From assembly GCA_910592345.1 (NCBI GenBank), contig CAJVPI010000271.1, forward strand, positions 1-37,528: 37,528 nt of DNA, read 5' to 3'. The notes under the pieces are model-generated. The model saw only the letters and a program-made list of their open reading frames with translations, was not told the origin of the DNA and did not search any database. Below are positions 1 to 9,185 of the stretch, piece after piece. Source of the stretch: Paraglomus brasilianum (taxonomy: Eukaryota). Made by a program: the position numbers and the translations under genes. The first letter of the stretch is position 1. Every line of letters begins with the position of its first letter.

Positions 1-267
1 GCACAATATAATCTTGGTTATTGCTATAAAAATGGAATTGGAGTAGAGAAAGATGTTGAAAAGGCAGTTGAATTATACCAACAAGCAGCTGAACAAGGGC
101 ATGCTGATGCACAATTTAATCTTGGTATATGTTATCAGTATGGAACTGGGGTAAAGAAAGATGTTGAAAAGGCAGTTGTATTATATCAAAAAGCAACTGA
201 ACAAGGACATGTTAATGCACGGGACTATTTCTATAAAATAGGAATGGATATGGAGTATTATGGTTGA
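1..267 (+). CDS. 3' end of a Sel1-like repeat protein (start lies upstream of the window)
   Basis: Frame 1 reads AQYNLGYCYKNGIGVEKDVEKAVELYQQAAEQGHAD AQFNLGICYQYGTGVKKDVEKAVVLYQKATEQGHVNA...: two 36-aa (108-bp) Sel1 repeats, stop TGA at 265-267. Confidence 0.92.
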   Translation, partial: AQYNLGYCYKNGIGVEKDVEKAVELYQQAAEQGHADAQFNLGICYQYGTGVKKDVEKAVVLYQKATEQGHVNARDYFYKIGMDMEYYG

Positions 268-1626
268 CTCTTTTATAGCAAACCTGTTATGAATGGCAAA
301 ATGATCGTTATCCACTGTGTTAGTAGAATTCATGTAGATCATTTTGCAATTCTAGTATTACGCTAAGTCCGATTTATTATTTAAAATTTATTGGATATAA
401 AATACTGCGGTAGTTAGAAATTAGTTATAAAAACGACCTTTCTTCACAGCTGAAAATATTAAACCGTTTGGGTCAAAATGTTCTGGGTCAGAGCCAAAAG
501 GTTCAATTAAATGAGTTTCTAACTCTTGTTCTCAAATAAAAATCTAATTGCCGATAAACGAAATCCAACCGTCCCTAATTGTAAATAACATTATTACCCT
601 GCATAACGTCCCTGAAAATCGACGATCGACATCGATATATGGATTTAATGCATAACGAAACATTGTTAGACTTTTGTCACAAAACTTTGTTAGCTTATTG
701 CAAGGATCTATTATTGAAACTGATTCATTCGAATAAAAGGACAATAAATGCAATTTATAAGTTATTTAAAAAGCTCTCGTAATAGTACATAAGAATAAAA
801 CCGTTTTAAAGTTTATTCATTATCATCATTATTATTGATCGTTAAACGCTAGGAAGATTTATGTAAATTATGACGAAGCGATACGTTTGCTGAAGACAAC
901 TTATATTCAGTACAACGGGGCAAAACTATTTGCTGAGAAGACTAACGTTCAAACAAGAGTTAGGGATGTTGCGTTAATATTATTACTTGTATCAAAAACA
1001 AGGCGAGTCTTTCCGTCGGCTCGTAACGTAGTGGTTTTGCTATGTGTTTCTTTGTGGCGAACATTCAATAGCTTTCTTAACCAACATGAAGAAGGCTAAT
1101 ACCGATGATGTCAAGTGAAAGAGAGTTAATGTTTATTATTATCTCTAGTGTGTATAAAGAAAACATATTACGGTCCGAGGCCTATGGTTGGATACAACAA
1201 AACGATTTATCATTCTCTGGAGTTTATCTCACTTAACATATCGAAATCACCAACCTCTGAGTATGGATGATGTCTCGCCTGGATACGACTCACGTTGGGT
1301 GAATGGGAATAAACTCGCTTGTAAGAACGACAGCGATATTTTTACGACTTATTGCTAAGCTATAGTAAGCCAAAATGCAATAATGTACAATCTTTTATTA
1401 CGGGTTAAAGTTTTATTGACAAAAATAATAATATCGCGTGCTGTGTGCTGCGTAGCAAAGAAGAGAAATCATTAATGTAATCTTAAAAGCCTTTTTACTC
1501 ATCTCACGATTTCTTTCCTTACTGTAATGTCAGATATGATAAGTTGGACAAATCGTCTTTCTACCAAGTATTAAATATTAACAACTACGACGACCACTCG
1601 GTAGGTTCGAATGTATACAAATATTC

Positions 1627-1700
1627 ACCAACATTATTTCGAAGTTATCCTTTTTTGGTAGTTAATTGTCGGTGAAATGATTGTCGATGAAATAATACGG
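1627..1700 (+). mobile_element. Truncated copy of the Mutator-like MITE at 7184-7322
   Basis: accaacattatttcgaagttatccttttttggtagttaattgtcggtgaaatgattgtcgatgaaataatacgg is nearly identical to about 7229-7318; it lacks the left TIR and one subterminal repeat. Confidence 0.85.
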
Positions 1701-2304
1701 TTATCGTGACGACTCGTATACGTAACGGCTAATACAATTATGTCTAGTATAATCGTTAATCACACAAGCCCATCATGAAGCGATGCTGAGAAGAACCCTC
1801 AGGAATAGCCCATCGCGTTCACACTTGGCTATACAGAACTCTGGAACCGAATTTTCTATAATATTAAATCTGCTTATAGTAAACTTTATTAATAAATCTG
1901 TCTATAGCGTCTGTGAACTCATTTTCTAAGCCCAAATCGAAATTTCATATTGATATTCTGCTTTCTATTGTGAACTGTCACACAAACAATGTCAACACGT
2001 GATTAACAAAATTTTTTTGAAATTATAGCATAATCGCTACTATGAAATGCAAATAAGCGTGCAACATGATGACTCAGAGAGATATAATGCGCAGCTAGTT
2101 CCTTATATAGTAACAACGGCATCATAATTTGACTAGATGTTCAAAAAACCATGTAGAAACGGAGTAGATAAACAAACTGAAAAAAAGATTATGAAAATCG
2201 ATTAGAAACATGTGGAGATATGGATTTTTGAAGTTCATGTTCGAAATAAGCGAACGCGATTTTGATCATGTTTTCACAAGTTTTCATGTTTCGAAACAAA
2301 ATAT

Positions 2305-3178
2305 GGTCCGGTGCAAAAATATCCGTACCTTGATTTAAAAGATTTTTATTTGCGTAATACTAAAACCACATGCAATGACCCAAATAAGCCCATTTTAACA
2401 TGGTACAAAGATTACATATAGACATATTTTTTTTGCAAAATTCGCCGATTCCTCATGTCTAGTTCTCGTGTAAACCGAATGCCCGCACCACTAACAGCGA
2501 ACGAAAATTGAACGTCTACAGATAGGTAAGCAAAATAAAAACATAACATTACGCAAGCGAGTTGGTCTGGTTTTGGGGGTTGCGTAGAGTACGGTTGGGG
2601 GATGTGTGTCTGATTGGAACCAGCGCAACGATGGCACATTTACACCACATCAAAATCTTGGACGATTTAAGTCTCAACCAGGCGAAGACATCACATCACT
2701 TTTGCGAACTCACATTATGAACAGCAACAAGACAGGACAACAACTTTCTTACGACAATTTCTTTCCGAACATGGGTACGTACTTTCCAAGTGCCAACTTC
2801 TCCGAATACTACATGGTCATCAAGTTTTTTTTACGCCTCCTTACCATTGCGAGTTTCAGCCGATTGAGGGTAGTAAAAGGTGAGGTAGGCCCACATTTAA
2901 ATCTCTTAGACGTTAGAAATAAGCTTTAAAAGCTTTTAAAGAAAAATCTTCACATCAAAGTAATTGTAGGATTATGGAAAAGAGCGCTCATAGGAGCGAA
3001 ATAATATAAAAATCAGATGATAATGTAATTTTATTGGATGAGGAAACAGATGATGATGACAATCTTGACAATTTTAATAAAATTTTTATAGTATAATAAA
3101 TCCGAATACCTATTGGTTTTTTAACTGTTTTTATTAAGATTATTGTGAGGTACGGATATTTTTGCACCGCACCGAACC
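2305..3178. mobile_element. Non-autonomous TIR DNA transposon (about 870 bp)
   Basis: Perfect 22-bp inverted repeat CGGTGCAAAAATATCCGTACCT (2309-2330 / 3148-3169). Termini GGT...ACC are flanked by AT on both sides (or TA if the termini are TGG/CCA). Only broken ORFs inside, including an acidic tail (LLDEETDDDDNLD) near the right end. Confidence 0.8.
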
Positions 3179-4721
3179 ATACCTAGTATTTTTTACAACA
3201 CAATTTAACGAGTGCTACTAAGATCGACACTGTAAGACATTGTCATTCATCGGCAATTGTCCGAATTACATGGACTACAAAAAAGGAATCGTGTCAAACA
3301 TTTCTTTGCGTGTATTACATTACGTTTAATTAAAAACCGCCCGGTAAGACGCAATTACGCTAAATGTTAAATTATGAAGGTAAAAGTTGTTAGTCGTAAA
3401 GTCGAATGTATTGGAAATTAATTTTACAAAATGAATAACTATGAATCAAATCTTGAAAGCTACTGTGTTTTTATAATATAGGCTACGCAGTAAGTATGGA
3501 AAAAACTTGAAGCATTTACAGTACCAATTATTTTTATTACGAGTATAAAGTAACAACGCAGCGTCTCTGCCGAACGCATGGTAGGATTGTTTCAAGCGGT
3601 GGAGTTTTCTACGACGTAGAAAAGCGATTATCAATCTGTAATATAAATGACACCAGCTAATTTTGCCAATTTGAAATTTAATATTTCAAGGCTTATTACA
3701 ATACAGTAAAGTCAACGTGGCTTATGCAACTCTGGGTCTAGATTTCGAAGAACATTTGTGCTCGCTTGACTCTTGGTAGATTCTAACCCAATTGCAAATA
3801 TTGGGAATTCTCGAGTGTGAAGTTACGAGAACGTCAGCGCAAAAAATGCATGCATCGCAAATAATAATAAGATCCCCGATCATACTAATAATGATACAGT
3901 ACGTTGGCTAGTTATTTGTCCGAGACATTTACTGGGCAATCACTTCCGGAAGATTCACAAAAAAGGGGTAGTGAAGGCGTTCTTCTACAGAATGTTGTCA
4001 TATACCATCGCATAAAGAAAACTAATCGTCAGCCTTCTCATTCATCACCAATAATTGTATGTCGTACGTGTGTAATTATATAGCGAACAAGAGGCTTTAC
4101 AGTATAGACGGATGGCAAGATTACGTACATATCCATAAGATAAATGTGGGTTTATGATGACGTCTAATAGTAATACATAGTTTCGTCGGCTGGGTAGAAG
4201 CTAATAACTTTCTCTACTTGGCATATCTAATATTAACAATTACTCTTATGTTTGAACTGTATAATCTCGGCTGATTCTTCTAGAAGACAAGACCTTGAAC
4301 AATCTAGTTATTTAGGATATGCAATACGTACAATTCTATACTCGGCGCATCTGTATTACGTTCTAAACTGTAAATTAATGGTTTAGTTTGCACAAATCGT
4401 TTGTTCAACATTATCGGACTAACTGCATTCGAGATACACACGATTTATACGATTTATATTTGGCATGTTGATGTCATCGGTACTGGGCTAATTTGGTTAC
4501 GGCAATGTAGTACCCTTGGTACAGCCAATCACTGCCTGACCTGGTTGTAAAGCATTTATTTCGCTGGCTGTGTTGCTTTGTTTGAACACCACATTTATAC
4601 TTTTTACTCTGTTAAATAGTACATAGACAAGTGCTATTTACATAACTGCACTCGTTGAAATACGCCCTTTTAACTAAATCCACTTACAATATTTCATTCC
4701 TTTTACGCATATAGATTCAGC

Positions 4722-5621
4722 ATGCTGAATCTTATATGTCGGTTTCTTTTACTTATACTCGTTGTTATCGTTGGTACTGATGCTGTAGTGCGAACTATTA
4801 AAGTTGGCCCGGACTCTATACAAAAGGATTTTGATTTTGCTGTGGACGGGGATGTATTTAGCTTCGTATGGAGTGCTGATGTAAAAACTCCTGTGAGAGT
4901 GTATGAAGTTAACAATAACCAGTCTTGCGCGATAATGTCCAAAGGAAGTGAGTATGCCCAAAGAATCTTTAGAGAGTTGAGCCGAAATGATTTAAAAGCT
5001 CTTTGTCTGAAATTGCTAATAGTGGTTAATAATCGTCTTGATAGTAATGTGAATAATTCTTACTAACAATAAGTTTTTCAATAGTCGATAGCAAGTTTCA
5101 TGTATATCCGAATACATATCAATATACTACCGACCCCGAACCAATTCGACTTACTGTGTATCCGTCACCTCCAATAATAGTAAGTATCGGTTTTAAAATC
5201 CATTGCAAGGATCATTGATTTCTCGTCGGCTCGTCCGTAGACCGATATGGTCTCGTCGTAATGCATCTTGTTAACTTGTCTATAATTGTTCTAGTATGAT
5301 TTCTATCTTACAACTCAAGATGCACAAATATGCGATCAAGGGCCCGATTCACGTTTAGAAATCGAAGTGTATAAGCCAGAAGAGGCACCAACAAACACTG
5401 ACATACCGTCGTCCCAACCAACTGATCCGTCCTCGGACATTATCTCAACTTCGGCTGCGAGCAACTCTCCAACGTCTGCAAGTAACACTGCCACAACATC
5501 CAATGCGACACCTCAACCAGCTTCAGCAGGCAGTACTAGCAACGAAGCTAGCTCTCACCCCATATCCATCCTGTTGATGTCGATCGTTACAGTAATTGGA
5601 GTATATTTGTCATTCATATGA
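4722..5621 (+). CDS. Secreted, probably GPI-anchored Ser/Thr-rich protein with a cupredoxin-like N-terminal domain (about 215 aa)
   Basis: Exons 4722-4947, 5085-5179, 5295-5621 join in frame (GTGAGT/GTAAGT donors, TACTAAC branch). Signal peptide MLNLICRFLLLILVVIVGTDA, then TIKVG...DGDVFSFVW...SC...FYL...IC..G, an S/T/P stalk and a hydrophobic C-terminus ISILLMSIVTVIGVYLSFI. Confidence 0.8.
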
Positions 5622-6886
5622 ATCTATTTTATTACTGTATTATGAAAGCTTAATCCTAATAATCCTAGTTAATATATCTATATACACAGATAAATATCTT
5701 TTACGGCAATCATGCTTATTTGTATCATACTGGTGATTAATAAACTAGTGCTGATCACCCGATCAAGCCATCGTCTATATAGAACAAGAATTATAGAACG
5801 TCATTTATTATATGTCGTTACAAGACTTTCAATATATTCTGGCAAAGGTGTCTCCGCGCTCAACATTAATAAGAACAAGTGATTTGAGGACTGATACGAT
5901 TTCAAGCATCGATTGCAGATTATAGACGAGCATCGTACATATTAATATGGTGGAAAGATCAAGAGTATAGATACAAAATAAACCATGTTCTATAATTAGT
6001 ATCTGCCAGTACTCCATCTTTATCATTTTACGAAACTTATTATTAAAAATTATCATTTGCCTAGTTGAGCCACGAAACAAAGAAAGCTACACAAAACAAA
6101 TACACGTATTCAAATAGCTTGATCCAAAATAAGAATAGAAGGAAAAACGCATATTTATTGATTGAATGACCAATCGTAAAGAAATAAGCCCTTAAATTTG
6201 CTAAAAACGAGGTAGTAGAGTATTGCCAACTACTATCGCGAGGGACTTTATTCATGGCGCTAAGGCCAAGTTTAAGCTGTTGAGAATGGATCCCAATCAA
6301 ATAAGTCGGTCGACTTATTGAGTGTATCTGTAATATTAATTAATATTATAATGTTAGCTCGTCAGCTGATTTTTTATTGGAATTTTAGCATAAGCTTCAA
6401 ATATCCTAACCCAACCAGAACTGCTGCGCGTTCTGTTTAACACAAATGAAAGTAATAAGCAAGACGAAGAGCAAAGCTTTTCTTGCGACAACAATAATTA
6501 TATTAAAGCCTAATATAAGACAGTGGCCTATAACAAGTTGCCCTATGAGTTAAAAGACCATTTGCAGCAAGTGATAATACAGTTAACTAATTTGTTTTCA
6601 AAATGTTGAATTAGCAAAAAATTAATTCTAACCAAATACGTTGCTTATAACAGAGGAAGTTACGCTAACTGAATCTAACTAATTAGCCGCGACAGTAAGG
6701 AAATTCAGAATAAATTATTTTAAAAAGTTATACACAGAATCTGTATTGATGATTAAATCCACACGTATATATGGATTATCAACTAAGTTACGCGCAGAAC
6801 AAACAGAAATAAAACCAGCCTTTTGTTAAAAATTAAGCTGACAATCGGACGATTGACAAATTAAATCTGTTATATCCGTACTAGTA

Positions 6887-7598
6887 CAGTCAAGTCTCCC
6901 TTAAGTGTACAGTGTATGGTGTTTTATTGCCTAATCTCGGGCATTAATGCTCTTTATATTCTGCTCGTTTAATACCTCTGCAAACACGCTTGAACTGTCC
7001 GTCAGACTATGGCATAGTTTATGATCTGCATTATGCCATGCCAATTACATCAAGATGTTGAGCAAATTATTTTCTAATGGCATTTGTACTAAAATAGGCC
7101 ATTACTAACATTTGGTTATAAATTAAATTACAATGTATTAAACTTATTAACGAAATAAAATTTACCCATTGTATGTTGTAAACGGGAGGCAATCATTTCG
7201 TCGACAATCATTTCACCGACAAATCTTTACCAACATTATTTCAAAGTTATCCTTTTTTGGTAGTTAATTGTCGGTGAAATGTACTGTCGGTGAAATGATT
7301 GTCGATGAAATAATACGGACCCGTTGTAAACTATTTTGCTTATTATGTGATTGTTGAATAATATTGAGAATAATTCTCGCAGACATTGTAATAAATTAAA
7401 CCTAATTGTTAGTGGCGATTATGATACTGTAAGTCTAAACTGAACGTGTTCTATACTTTATTATTATTATGCCTCCATTAACAAGTTTGGAGTAGCACGT
7501 CACTATTTAATAATATTACTTGACCCATAATACAAATTTCTCAATGCAGGCTTTCAAAAAAATTTTCGGTACAAGGTCGCACTTAAGGAAGCTGACTG
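6887..7598. mobile_element. Degenerate Tc1/mariner-pogo-type MITE hosting a nested element
   Basis: Left end TA|CAGTCAAGTCTCCCTTAAGTG. Right end CACTTAAGGAAGCTGACTG|CA, whose reverse complement is CAGTCAGCTTCCTTAAGTG. Confidence 0.6.
7184..7322. mobile_element. 139-bp Mutator-like MITE with a 9-bp target-site duplication
   Basis: GTTGTAAAC is repeated at 7175-7183 and 7323-7331. Termini GGG...CCC. Imperfect TIRs of about 38 bp built from tandem ATCATTTCACCGACA units. A second partial copy lies at 1627-1700. Confidence 0.88.
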
Positions 7599-8059
7599 CA
7601 TTTCTTAAAATAGTGCAATGTTATAACTAACCTTTATTTATCAATCAAATTTTGTTGCTAAATAATAATAACAACTAGTGCTGAGAAAACCGTTTAACAC
7701 TTTTAAAATTTGTTTCATAGTAAAAAGTCTTTAACTTCTAAAATAAATTTGATCAATTATGTATTAACTTGTTTCAAATAAACAAAGAGTACAATTTTAT
7801 CAATTGGTATTAAAACATTTGGTATATAATTAGTTTACAATGTAATACTATTTTATATCACAACTCACAATAACTAGCTTTTATAACATTTACTACCGGT
7901 TGCGCATGCTCAAGTATAATGTTGTAAGTTTGTCGAATACACTAAACAGTTATGTTTCTAGCTCATGCACTGCATACAGAATGAAACACTGCTTAGGCTC
8001 CCCATTTGATATTATATGCAAAAAATCAGAGATCTTCCATTCCACATTGTTTATAGTTT

Positions 8060-8810
8060 GCGGGTGATAGTCAGAACATTAAATGACATCGCTATATAAA
8101 TTTAGTATTTGATCAGACATCGTCAATTTACTAGTTAAACCGAAAAGCAAAAATATCTTTTGATCACAATGTCATCGTGCAACCGGTTCAGTTTAAAATA
8201 GTTTAAGAAACTCTTTTATAATATTTTAGTCAAGCCAATAACTCGTTTCTACACGTCGATCAGATTAAAATTCCGATATGAACCCCCCCCACTACCAATC
8301 GTGTAACTCTCAAAGTCTGGGGGATCTGATAAGATTACAAGGTCATCTGCATACTGCAATGCTGATCGCGCGTGAAATCTACATATCATGTGGTGTGACA
8401 TTGCCGCTTTTGACAAAATCCAGGCGGAATACATGAGGTAAGGAATTACTGTACACAGACAGGTGCGTTTGTCGAGAATTTTTATAGATAACAAAAAAGC
8501 CGCCCTTTTTCAACTTCAATCTGACATGACAGATGCGCGTTATTTTCCGTCGGGCGGGGCCGAATGTTTCTTTATCCAAGAATATGCTAGAAACCACATG
8601 GTTAGATTGAGGTGGATAAGGTTATTATAATGATCAGATTTATTCTTCCGAGTCAATCTTTACCACGAATGTTTGCTATCGTAAAAAAAGAAAAGGCGCA
8701 AGATAAAGAATCTTCTTTGCAGGTTTATCGAGCCGGCGCTTGCAGAGTTCGTATAATCATGTGCCGAAGCTTCTCGGAACGTATATGTTGATCTGATAAG
8801 ATTCATGTGA
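8060..8810 (+). promoter_or_regulatory. GATA-site-rich upstream region of the hxB-like gene
   Basis: Multiple GATAA/GATAG on both strands (about 8066, 8327, 8486, 8701, 8724, 8794), including an exact 14-bp repeat GATCTGATAAGATT at 8323-8336 and 8790-8803. Confidence 0.5.
8550..8563. promoter_or_regulatory. UaY/Ppr1-type Zn2Cys6 binding site TCGG-N6-CCGA
   Basis: TCGG GCGGGG CCGA, about 620 bp upstream of the ATG at 9186. Confidence 0.45.
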
Positions 8811-9185
8811 ATAACATCCAAGACGATCTAATGCGTCCATATTCCTTCCCTCCAAGTTATTCTTCTTATTGGCGCAAGTCAGCCCACCAACTTGCTATTT
8901 AATCTCCCCTCTACTGGTGAGGTCTACGTCCTGAACAATCGTAGGTCTTATCCTAGTATCTCTTCTCACACACTAGTCTGGAACTAGTCTGTATAGAGTC
9001 TAACGACAAATTTTTCTTTCTTTGAAACCCATTCTTGTTTCTGACGTAATAAAACCCCCACTACTCGCTCTACGTGACCAATCTAGACAATATATTACTA
9101 CTTTCCCAATACTATTTTTTTTCTTTTCATTGGTGCTTTATCCCAACATTCAATATCTCACTTAAATTAACTACTGAGAAAAGAA

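Noticed and set aside
1595..1625. GGTTCGAAT tRNA T-loop-like motif
   Set aside because: No T-stem, acceptor stem or cloverleaf around it.
1778..1820. Hairpin GCGATG-CTGAG...CTCAG...CATCGC as a possible hammerhead ribozyme
   Set aside because: Lacks the CUGANGA/GAAA core in the required arrangement.
5738..5780. ACTAGTGCTGA (also near 7674) as a possible Helitron 3' end
   Set aside because: The hairpin is too weak and no matching 5' end can be assigned.
6361..6842. GTCAGCTGATTTTTTA / TAAAAATTAAGCTGAC as possible TIRs
   Set aside because: Short, AT-rich, mismatched and without a TSD.
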